NCBI GenBank assembly: GCA_964504825.1 | Contig: CAZDGO010000001.1 | Coordinates: 1-32,060, forward strand | Source: an uncultured Gaiellales bacterium | GTDB lineage: Bacteria > Actinomycetota > Thermoleophilia > RBG-16-64-13 | Length of the DNA stretch: 32,060 nucleotides | Direction: 5' to 3' | Shown: in pieces, positions 25,024 to 32,060 of the stretch | Position numbering within the stretch: position 1 is the first letter of the stretch | Layout of the letters: every line of letters starts with the position of its first letter | Position numbers and translations under genes: made by a program | Notes under the pieces: generated by a model | The model's database searches: none | Seen by the model: only the letters and a program-made list of their open reading frames with translations | Told to the model about the DNA's origin: nothing

Positions 25024-25785
25024 CTATGGCATCACGTGCTTGTCGACCAGCACCCTCACCGCGACCAGGCTCTCGGCCGCGTCAGACAGCTGGAATACGT
25101 CACGACCCGCCAAGTCACCCTCGAACAAGAGGGGATCCTGCGGGATAGTGCCGGCGAGAGGCACCGAAGTGCAGCTGAGGAGCGCGGACACGTCCGCCTC
25201 CACCGGCACGCGGTTGATCACCACGTAGCGCTCCGCGACGACCAACCCCATCTCGTCGATCAGTCCATTGATGCGCTCCACCGTGCGCATGCCCCTGACT
25301 GTAGGGTCAGTGACGATGAACATCACGTCGACGTCTCGGGTGGTGTGGCGGCTGAGATGTTCCAGCCCGCCCTCGTTGTCCATGACCACCCAGGGATACT
25401 CTTTAGCCAGCGTCTTGATGTACTCGCGGAACAGGTTGTTCGCGTAGCAGTAGCACCCAGGGCCTTCCGGGCGACCCATGACAAGAAGATCATAGCCATC
25501 GGCCTCAGCCAACGCTTCGTGCATCTTGTAGTCGATCCAGCTCTGCTTATCCCAGCCCGCGGGGATCTCCCGGGCACCCATAAAACCCTGTTCGCGGACC
25601 GCCCCGACGGACATCTTGGCCGCGGTACCCAGCACTTCACCCAGATTGGCATTGGGGTCGGCGTCGACCGCCAGTATGGGTGACTGCCCTCGGGCGAGGA
25701 GCTCTCGGATCAGCAGGCCGGAGAGGGTGGTCTTGCCGGTCCCCCCTTTGCCGGCGACGGCCACTGTGCGGGTCGTCTGACCCAC
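25024..25785 (-). CDS. cooC: CooC/AcsF-type nickel-insertion ATPase for CODH/ACS
   Basis: 253 aa with the deviant Walker A VAVAGKGGTGKTT and the CxC metal motif (GPGCYCYANN). The GTG start overlaps the acsV TAG by 1 nt (TAGTG). Confidence 0.88.
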   Translation of the reverse strand: MGQTTRTVAVAGKGGTGKTTLSGLLIRELLARGQSPILAVDADPNANLGEVLGTAAKMSVGAVREQGFMGAREIPAGWDKQSWIDYKMHEALAEADGYDLLVMGRPEGPGCYCYANNLFREYIKTLAKEYPWVVMDNEGGLEHLSRHTTRDVDVMFIVTDPTVRGMRTVERINGLIDEMGLVVAERYVVINRVPVEADVSALLSCTSVPLAGTIPQDPLLFEGDLAGRDVFQLSDAAESLVAVRVLVDKHVMP

Positions 25786-27743
25786 TACCGACCTGCCAGG
25801 GCCGTTTCGGCCAGTATGCGTTCCATCTCGGGGAAGTAGATCATGTCGGTGTGCGGCAGGAACATGGCGGCCATGTAGTGATCCATGAACGCCTGATTAT
25901 CGGAAAGCTCGATATTGGTCATGGTCAGAGCCACTTGTTCGGCCGCCTTCAACATGTCTTTGGAGAACGACACCAGGCGGGCCCCGAGCAGCGAGCCGTT
26001 GCCCACAAAGGTGAACTTGTTGACGTCCACCTCGGGGAACAGCCCAATAGACTGGGCTTGTTCGATGCGCAGGTACTTGCCGAAGCCACCCGCGACGTAG
26101 ATCTGCTCCAAGTCCGGCCAGTCGAGGGCGACACTCTCAAGCAGAGTCTTGATACCGGCGTAGATGGCGCCCTTGGCTCTCACCAGGTTGTCGATGTCGG
26201 CTTCGTTTATGACGATATCATCGCCGGTACCCGACAGCTCCGCTTCTGCCAGCACGTACTCGTTGGCCCCCTCGGTCTCCCGCACCCGCCACGTGTCGAG
26301 CCCGGTTAAGAACTTGCCGTTCTGCGAGATCACCCCGGCCTTGAGCAACTCGGCCACCACGTCGATGACGCCCGAGCCGCAGATGCCGATAGGCTTCAGA
26401 TTACCGATCGTCAAAATGGTGGGCTCATACGTGACGGGATCGATCTCCACGGTCTCGATGGCGCCGTCGGTAGCCCTCATGCCGTGCCTGATGCCCCCGC
26501 CTTCGAAGGCCGGCCCCGCGGAACACGACGTCGCGATGAGCCATTCCTTGTTGCCGATCACGACTTCGCCATTCGTGCCGATGTCGATGTACAGCGTGAT
26601 CTTCTCGGTCTCGAACACGCCGGAGCCCAGGATCCCGGAGACGATGTCGCCACCGACGTAGCTGGACACGCTCGGGAACGTGTAGACGTGCACGTGACGG
26701 CCCACCCTGATGCCGTCGCCCAAGTTGACCGCGCGCACCGGCGGGATGAAGTCGGCCGGCGGCACGTACGGCGCCATACGCAGGTATTTCGCCTCGATGC
26801 CCAGCAAGAGGCAGGTCATGGTCGTGTTCCCCGCCGCCGTCATGTGGGTGATCATCTCGCGATCGATCCCGGTCTTCTCCACCAGCTCGTCGACGATGCC
26901 GTTGATCGTGTCGACGATCGCCTGCTGCAGGCGCTCTCGGCCGCCGGGCTTCTGCGATTGCACGATGCGGGTGATGACATCCTCGCCGAAGCTCACCTGG
27001 TGGTTGTAGTCCGAAGCCTGAGCGAGGGTCACGCCGCGGTTGAGGTCTAGCAGCTGCCCCCAGACCGTCGTGGTGCCGATATCGAGCACGACCGAATAGG
27101 CGCAATCGCACTCGGCGCCTGCCTGGACATCGATGACCTTGAACCCGTAGGCCGTATCGACCAGGGTGGCCGTCACGGCCCAGTCCTTCTCGCGCAGCAC
27201 ACTGGGCATGTTTCGGATCCAGATGGAGTCAACCGAGACACTGGCGAAACCGAACTGGTCTTTGAGGGCCTTCTTGAACCGGGCCAAGTCGTTCAGATTG
27301 TCACCTTCAGACGGTGGCGTGATCTGCATGCAGAGCTTTCTCACAACGGGGTCGAGCGACCAACCCGTGACCAGGCTCTCCAGTTCGACCGGCGAAAGGA
27401 TCCGGCCTTTCCGCTCACCCCGTACGCCGCGATCGAGCGTGCGGGCGTTGCCCATTCGGGAAGACTCCGGCACGAAGATCTCAAGATCGGAGAGAACGTA
27501 GGTTTGACACGCCAGGCGCGTCCCGGCCGCCCACTCGTCGTCATCGAGCTTCGCGGGCTTCTCGGCCTCTACCTCACCCGAGAGCACCTGGACACGGCAT
27601 TTGCCGCACGAGCCGGTACCTCCGCAGGATGCGTTGATATGAATGCTGGCCTGCATCGCCCCGCGGAGAATGGACTCCCCGCGCGGCACAGCAGGCACCT
27701 CGATATCACCAGGTTGAAAGGTAAGGGTGTACCGCGTCGTCAT
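25785..27743 (-). CDS. acsV: Reductive activator of corrinoid proteins (RACo): 2Fe-2S ferredoxin domain plus ASKHA ATPase
   Basis: 652 aa. The N-terminal plant-type ferredoxin motif is CGGTGSCGKCRV ... LACQ. The C-terminal actin-like ATPase blocks are VVLDIGTTTV, YIDIGTNGE and SCSAGPAFEG. Confidence 0.85.
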   Translation of the reverse strand: MTTRYTLTFQPGDIEVPAVPRGESILRGAMQASIHINASCGGTGSCGKCRVQVLSGEVEAEKPAKLDDDEWAAGTRLACQTYVLSDLEIFVPESSRMGNARTLDRGVRGERKGRILSPVELESLVTGWSLDPVVRKLCMQITPPSEGDNLNDLARFKKALKDQFGFASVSVDSIWIRNMPSVLREKDWAVTATLVDTAYGFKVIDVQAGAECDCAYSVVLDIGTTTVWGQLLDLNRGVTLAQASDYNHQVSFGEDVITRIVQSQKPGGRERLQQAIVDTINGIVDELVEKTGIDREMITHMTAAGNTTMTCLLLGIEAKYLRMAPYVPPADFIPPVRAVNLGDGIRVGRHVHVYTFPSVSSYVGGDIVSGILGSGVFETEKITLYIDIGTNGEVVIGNKEWLIATSCSAGPAFEGGGIRHGMRATDGAIETVEIDPVTYEPTILTIGNLKPIGICGSGVIDVVAELLKAGVISQNGKFLTGLDTWRVRETEGANEYVLAEAELSGTGDDIVINEADIDNLVRAKGAIYAGIKTLLESVALDWPDLEQIYVAGGFGKYLRIEQAQSIGLFPEVDVNKFTFVGNGSLLGARLVSFSKDMLKAAEQVALTMTNIELSDNQAFMDHYMAAMFLPHTDMIYFPEMERILAETALAGR

Positions 27744-27782
27744 GCGTCAGCCATCTGAATGTAAGAGGGAGATTCGCAGCTC

Positions 27783-29444
27783 CTAGAACAGGCCGACGAT
27801 CTTCCCGTCGACCAAGTCGATGGCCTCGGCCGCGGGGACCTTGGGGAGGCCAGGCATGGTCATCATCTTACCACAGACAGGCACTATGAAGCCTGACCCG
27901 GCCGACAGGCGAACCTCGCGGACAGTGAGGCGCCAGTCGCGCGGACGACCGATCTTGGTCTTGTCGTCGGAGAGGGATGCCTGCGTCTTCGCCATGCAGA
28001 TGGGCAGGTCGCTGTAACCCAGTTTGACGTACAGGTCGATGGCCTCTTCGGCCTCGGGAGTGTAGTCGACCCCATCGGCTCCGTAGATCTTCGTGGCGAT
28101 AGCCTCGATCTTTTCCTTGATGGGCTGATCGAGCTCGTAGAGGAACTTGAAGTCCGGCTTCTCCTCGTTGCAGATGCGCACGATCTCCTTGGCCAATTCG
28201 ACGCCGCCCTCGCCGCCCTTGGCCCACACTTCCGAAAGGACGACCTTGGAGCCCATGGCCGTGACTTTCTCGTCCAGGAGCTTGATCTCGCTCTCGGTAT
28301 CGTCCGGGAAGCGGTTTATAGCCACGACGACCGGCACGCCATAGAGGTGCATATTCTCCACATGCTTCTGCAGATTCTCCAAGCCCAACTCGAGCGCCTG
28401 CAGGTTCTCCAGCTTGAGATCGGCGAACGCGACCCCACCATGCATCTTCAGAGCCCGGATGGTCGCGACCAGCACCACGCAGTCGGGAACCAGGCCGGCG
28501 TAGCGGCACTTGATGTCGAAGAACTTCTCGGCCCCGAGGTCGGCGGCGAAACCGGCCTCGGTCACGCAGTAATCCGCCAGCTTGAGAGCCAACTTGGTGG
28601 CCTGCACGGAGTTGCAGCCGTGGGCGATGTTGGCGAACGGCCCCCCGTGAAGGACGGCAGGCGTGTTCTCGAGGGTCTGCACGAGGTTCGGCATGAGGGC
28701 GTCTTTCAACAGCACCGCCATGGAGCCGGCCACCTTCAGGTCGGCCGTTGTGACCGGGTTCCCGTCCTTGTCGAAGCCGAAGATGATCCGTGAGAGACGA
28801 GCTCTGAGATCGTCAAGATCCAAGGCGAGGCACAGGATGGCCATCACTTCGGAGGCCACCGTGATGTCGAATCGGCTCTTCCGCGCAACACCTTCGCCGT
28901 CGAGACCGACCTCGATGCTCCGCAGCGCGCGATCATTCAGGTCGACCACCCGAGGCCACAGGATGTTCTCGGGATCGATGTTGCGGTCGTTGCCCTGGAA
29001 CAGGTGGTTGTCGAGCACAGCCGAGGCAAGATTGTGCGCCGTGGTGATGGCGTGCATGTCACCAGTGAAGTGGAGATTGATATCCTCCATCGGCACTACC
29101 TGGGCATAGCCACCGCCGGCGGCCCCGCCCTTGATGCCGAACGACGGGCCCAGCGAGGGCTCCCGCAGCGTCGTGATCACCTTCTTGCCGATCTTGGCCA
29201 GACCCATCGAGAGCCCGACATTGGTAGTGGTCTTACCTTCGCCCGCCGGAGTCGGCGTGATGGCCGTACAGAGGATGAGCTTGCCGTCAGGACGGTCTTT
29301 CACCCGATCGAACACATCAAGATGGATCTTGGCCTTGTACTTGCCGTACAGATCGAGATCGTCAGCGCCCAGCCCAAGGTCGGCGGCCACGTCGATGATC
29401 GGTTTCAGCGTCGCCTCCTGGGCGATCTGAATGTCGCTCTTCAC
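27783..29444 (-). CDS. fhs: Formate-tetrahydrofolate ligase
   Basis: 553 aa starting at GTG 29444 with a GAAGGAGA RBS. Blocks [38 protein letters not shown] and [13 protein letters not shown] are FTHFS signatures. Confidence 0.93.
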   Translation of the reverse strand: MKSDIQIAQEATLKPIIDVAADLGLGADDLDLYGKYKAKIHLDVFDRVKDRPDGKLILCTAITPTPAGEGKTTTNVGLSMGLAKIGKKVITTLREPSLGPSFGIKGGAAGGGYAQVVPMEDINLHFTGDMHAITTAHNLASAVLDNHLFQGNDRNIDPENILWPRVVDLNDRALRSIEVGLDGEGVARKSRFDITVASEVMAILCLALDLDDLRARLSRIIFGFDKDGNPVTTADLKVAGSMAVLLKDALMPNLVQTLENTPAVLHGGPFANIAHGCNSVQATKLALKLADYCVTEAGFAADLGAEKFFDIKCRYAGLVPDCVVLVATIRALKMHGGVAFADLKLENLQALELGLENLQKHVENMHLYGVPVVVAINRFPDDTESEIKLLDEKVTAMGSKVVLSEVWAKGGEGGVELAKEIVRICNEEKPDFKFLYELDQPIKEKIEAIATKIYGADGVDYTPEAEEAIDLYVKLGYSDLPICMAKTQASLSDDKTKIGRPRDWRLTVREVRLSAGSGFIVPVCGKMMTMPGLPKVPAAEAIDLVDGKIVGLF

Positions 29445-29486
29445 CCTGCGTCTCCTTCTCTACTCGGGTCCACGGTTCGACCGCCC

Positions 29487-29514
29487 ATTATAGTAACGAC
29501 CGGCTCTAATGCAA
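29487..29514 (-). promoter_or_regulatory. Sigma70-type promoter for the Wood-Ljungdahl array: -35 TTGCAT, 16-nt spacer, -10 TATAAT
   Basis: The minus strand reads TTGCAT (29514-29509), tagagccggtcgttac, TATAAT (29492-29487). The -10 ends 42 nt upstream of the fhs GTG, and the RBS lies in the leader. An exact TATAAT is conspicuous in this GC-rich sequence. Confidence 0.55.
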
Positions 29515-29560
29515 TAGCTGCCGCGCATATCGCGGCCCCTCAACCGTCGATTCATGCCAT

Positions 29561-30811
29561 TCAACCCCGCTTCTGTACCTCTTGCGGAGCCAATAGCCTG
29601 CGTGCGACGGCCGTAGCTTCGGCCATGATCTCCTTCAGAGACCGGCCGGAGGCAGCCGCCACCTTCGCGGCGGCTTCATACTCGGGCGATACCGTCACCA
29701 CCCGACCATCCCTGCGCCCCACCTTGACCGTCACGGACCGGCCTGCCAGCGTCACCGACAGATAGTCACGTTGCAGAACGTGTCGGCCCACGGGCGCCCG
29801 CCTCACCCCGAATGTGGTCGATTCAGAGAATAGAAGCTGCACGAGCTGCGCTTCGTCCGCGGGCTTCGCCAGCACGGTGACCTCGACGGCCAGGCGCCCC
29901 TTCTTCATCACGATGGGAGCCGACCACACGTCCACCGCCCCGGCGGCCATCAGCAGCCCGGCGGCGTGGGCCAGCAGCTCGGGGGTGGCGTCATCGATGA
30001 CGGCCTGCAGCACCACGACGTTCTCTCCCGCGTCTCCGCCGGCAGCCGCATCCCCCGGCTGCGTCGCCCCCATGGCTGGGACAGCCCGCCCCACTACCGC
30101 GCGTAGGAGGTTCGGCCGTCCGGGTAGGGCCCGCCGCCCGGCGCCGTATCCCACCCGCTCGACCACCATGGCGGGCATGCTCGACACCGGCAGGGCCGTC
30201 TCGGTGAAGAGAAGGGCGCCCGTGGGCGTCGTGAGCTCGCTCTCCACGGGGCCGCCGTGCACCTCGCGCCCTTCGAGGAGCGCGAGGGTAGCCGGCGCCG
30301 GCACGCGCAGGGGTCCGTGATCGGTGTCCACCCAGCCACCTCCGAGCGGGACAGGTGCGTGGAAAGCCGACCCGATATCCAGCGCATCGAGCAGCGCGAA
30401 GCACCCGGTCACATCCACCAGCGTGTCCACACCGCCGAGTTCGTGCAGGTGGACCTCCTCGACGCTCACCCCATGCAATCGAGCTTCCACCTCAGCAAGC
30501 CTCCGCAGGGCCCCGGAAGCGCGGCGACGCACATCCACGGAGAGATCGGCGCCGTCCAGCAGCACTAGAAGATCCGACGGGCGGCGAGCCGGTTGGGGGG
30601 AAGGCGCATGGACCGTCACCCTCCGGCACGCGAATCCACCCTCGCGCGCAGACTCCACCACCACGTCGACCCCGGGGATGCCGAGACCGGCGACCACTCG
30701 GCGCAGCACCTGCTCGGCGTCAAGATCGGCACCGGCCGCGTCGACCAGCGACGCCAGGATCATGTCCCCCGACGCTCCCGACCATGGGTCCAGATAGAGG
30801 ATGTGATCCAT
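29561..30811 (-). CDS. larC: LarC-family (DUF111) nickel insertion protein
   Basis: The ATG at 30811 follows AAGGAG with a 5-nt spacer; the track start at 30814 is a TTG one codon upstream. MDHILYLDPWSGASGDMILASLVDAG and HLHELGGVDTLVDVTG are LarC N-domain signatures. Length is 416 aa. Confidence 0.82.
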   Translation of the reverse strand: MDHILYLDPWSGASGDMILASLVDAAGADLDAEQVLRRVVAGLGIPGVDVVVESAREGGFACRRVTVHAPSPQPARRPSDLLVLLDGADLSVDVRRRASGALRRLAEVEARLHGVSVEEVHLHELGGVDTLVDVTGCFALLDALDIGSAFHAPVPLGGGWVDTDHGPLRVPAPATLALLEGREVHGGPVESELTTPTGALLFTETALPVSSMPAMVVERVGYGAGRRALPGRPNLLRAVVGRAVPAMGATQPGDAAAGGDAGENVVVLQAVIDDATPELLAHAAGLLMAAGAVDVWSAPIVMKKGRLAVEVTVLAKPADEAQLVQLLFSESTTFGVRRAPVGRHVLQRDYLSVTLAGRSVTVKVGRRDGRVVTVSPEYEAAAKVAAASGRSLKEIMAEATAVARRLLAPQEVQKRG

Positions 30812-30832
30812 CAACGCTCCTTAGCAGGCTGT

Positions 30833-30861
30833 TTGCATTCTCCGATGCCACCTCATACACT
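30833..30861 (+). promoter_or_regulatory. Candidate sigma70-type promoter for the XRE gene: -35 TTGCAT, 17-nt spacer, -10 TACACT
   Basis: ttgcat (30833-30838), a 17-nt spacer, tacact (30856-30861). The -10 is bracketed by the inverted repeat CCGATGC (30842-30848) / GCATCGG (30869-30875). Confidence 0.4.
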
Positions 30862-30915
30862 GCAGCCAGCATCGGTCGACGCCACCGCAAGGCCGAATTG
30901 AGCAGGGGCCCCCGT

Positions 30916-31293
30916 GTGACCCGCAGGAGACTCGCAGACTACATAGGATCGACCATCCGCCGCCTCCGCGTGGAACGCGAATTCACGCTGCAGGCCTTGG
31001 CCGACGAGTCCGGCGTGTCCAAGAGCTATCTGGGCGACATCGAGAAGGGACGCAAGAACCCCACCACCGACGTCGTCGAGGCCATCGCCGAAGCCCTCGG
31101 GGTCTCGGCGAGGCGGCTCCTCTACCACGCCGCTCTTGACGAAGAAGACCCTTTCGTCGCGTCCGAGCAACTCACCCTGGAGGTCGATGCCGAAGAGGAC
31201 GCTGAGGTGCGCGAGATCGGCCAACTCGCGCGTCGGCTTCGCCCCGGCGACCGCAAGATCGTGCTGGACCTCTGCCGCCGTCTCTCCCGCTGA
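30916..31293 (+). CDS. XRE-family helix-turn-helix transcriptional regulator
   Basis: IRRLRVEREFTLQALADESGVSKSYLGDIEKGRKNPTTDVVEAIAEALGV is a Cro/C1-type HTH. The start is uncertain between the GTG at 30916 and the TTG at 30898. The long N-terminus of track ORF 30355..31293 is Arg/Pro-rich antisense of larC. Confidence 0.8.
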   Translation: MTRRRLADYIGSTIRRLRVEREFTLQALADESGVSKSYLGDIEKGRKNPTTDVVEAIAEALGVSARRLLYHAALDEEDPFVASEQLTLEVDAEEDAEVREIGQLARRLRPGDRKIVLDLCRRLSR

Positions 31294-31294
31294 C

Positions 31295-31669
31295 TCACCA
31301 CCCCAACTCCTCGATGCGCTCATCGGAGATCCCAAAATAGTGCGCCACCTCGTGCACCACGGTGGTCCGCACTTCATCGCGAACAGCCTCGGGGTCGCTG
31401 CCTGCTACCCGCTGGATAGATCCCTGGAACAGCGTGATTCGATCGGGCAGAAACCCTGCATAGCCGGTGTCGCGATCGGTAAGGGGGACGCCGGAGTAGA
31501 GGCCCAGTAGCTCCTCCCTCTCGTTCTTCTCCATGCCCGCGTCGGCCAGGTCCACAGCGCTCGGCCACTCCTCTATCACCACCTCGACGTTCTCCATGTG
31601 GGCGAGGAACTGCTCGGGCAGTCCATCGAGTGCTTCCGCCACCAGACGCTCGAACACCCCTCTCTTCAC
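31295..31669 (-). CDS. Small zincin-like metallopeptidase-family protein (HExxH)
   Basis: I trimmed the ORF to the GTG at 31669. FERLVAEALDGLPEQFLAHMENVEVVIEE ... TVVHEVAHYFGISDERIEELG is typical of the approximately 120-aa 'possible zinc metallopeptidase' family. Confidence 0.75.
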   Translation of the reverse strand: MKRGVFERLVAEALDGLPEQFLAHMENVEVVIEEWPSAVDLADAGMEKNEREELLGLYSGVPLTDRDTGYAGFLPDRITLFQGSIQRVAGSDPEAVRDEVRTTVVHEVAHYFGISDERIEELGW

Positions 31670-31688
31670 CCCGCCTGCCCCCGATCGT

Positions 31689-32060
31689 TCACTCCGCCTG
31701 CCCCTGATCGCCGAGTCTTCCCCGCAGCGCCGCGACCGCCCGCGCCCGATGCGACACGGAATCCTTCTGCCCGTCTTCCATCTCGGCGACCGTGATCGTC
31801 CAGCCATCCGGTTGGAACAGCGGATCGTAGCCGAACCCCCGCGCGCCCCGGGGCCCTTCAACAATGCTGCCCGGGAGTTCGCCCTCTGCCGTCACCAGCA
31901 CCCCGCCGGGCAACACCAGGGCGAGGGCGCAGACGAAGCGCGCGCTCCTGTCGGAAGACCCGGCCAGATCCGCCAGCAACTTCTGGTTGTTCGCGTCATC
32001 ACCGGCGCCCTCGCCCGCATAGCGGGCCGAGTGCACGCCCGGCCGGCCGCCGAGCGCGTC
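31689..32060 (-). CDS. rdgB: dITP/XTP pyrophosphatase (RdgB/HAM1 family), C-terminal part; the 5' end lies beyond the window
   Basis: The frame is open to the window edge. DALGGRPGVHSARYAGE ... ARFVCALALV ... GFGYDPLF ... SHRARA are RdgB signatures. Confidence 0.85.
   Translation of the reverse strand, partial: DALGGRPGVHSARYAGEGAGDDANNQKLLADLAGSSDRSARFVCALALVLPGGVLVTAEGELPGSIVEGPRGARGFGYDPLFQPDGWTITVAEMEDGQKDSVSHRARAVAALRGRLGDQGQAE

Noticed and set aside
29466-29486. A GGTTCGACC string resembling a tRNA T-loop.
   Set aside because: Flanking bases do not form a T-stem, and no acceptor or anticodon arms can be drawn. I found no tRNA anywhere in the window.
1-32060. I looked for defence or other accessory systems (CRISPR-Cas, restriction-modification, toxin-antitoxin, retrons, BGC-type enzymes).
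   Set aside because: There are no repeat-spacer arrays and no ORFs with nuclease, methylase, reverse transcriptase or toxin signatures. The XRE regulator has no adjacent small toxin-like partner.

Overview
This is a high-GC bacterial window. Its core (6616-29444, all on the minus strand) is a complete Wood-Ljungdahl (reductive acetyl-CoA) gene array. In transcription order it reads fhs, acsV (RACo), cooC, fchA, folD, acsD, acsA (CODH), acsB (ACS), acsC, metV, metF, lpdA, lipA, acsE, followed by a three-subunit formate dehydrogenase. That enzyme consists of a NuoE-like subunit, a HydB/NuoF-like subunit and a NuoG-fused FdhA. FdhA is a selenoprotein: the ORF track splits it in two at an in-frame UGA (8281-8283), which is followed by a SECIS-like hairpin. 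A near-consensus sigma70-type promoter (TTGCAT-N16-TATAAT) lies upstream of fhs. To the right of the array are a larC-like nickel chelatase, a divergent XRE regulator, a zincin-like metallopeptidase and a partial rdgB. To the left is a 2.6-kb patchwork of gene fragments: PAS/REC/LuxR pieces with an in-frame TAG, a PstS-like N-terminus with an in-frame TAG, a decayed second FDH, and a 20-codon hemE 5' stub coupled to the fdhA stop. An apparently intact GAF/HD-GYP gene sits inside this patchwork. Further left come a Bacillus-type hemE-hemH-hemY operon and a PPDK fragment that abuts the hemY stop at the window edge. I found no tRNA, rRNA, CRISPR array, transposase or integrase. I also found no multi-gene system of unrecognisable proteins, because every intact ORF belongs to a family I recognise. 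The candidates for novelty are architectural: all Wood-Ljungdahl functions in one array, lipA-lpdA embedded without gcvH, a Cys4 insertion in FolD, LarC at the head of the array, a HydB-type flavoprotein paired with a Sec-FdhA, and recombination scars bounding the blocks. Taxonomy cannot be fixed from the sequence alone. The hemEHY order and strong GGAGG ribosome-binding sites suggest a monoderm lineage.
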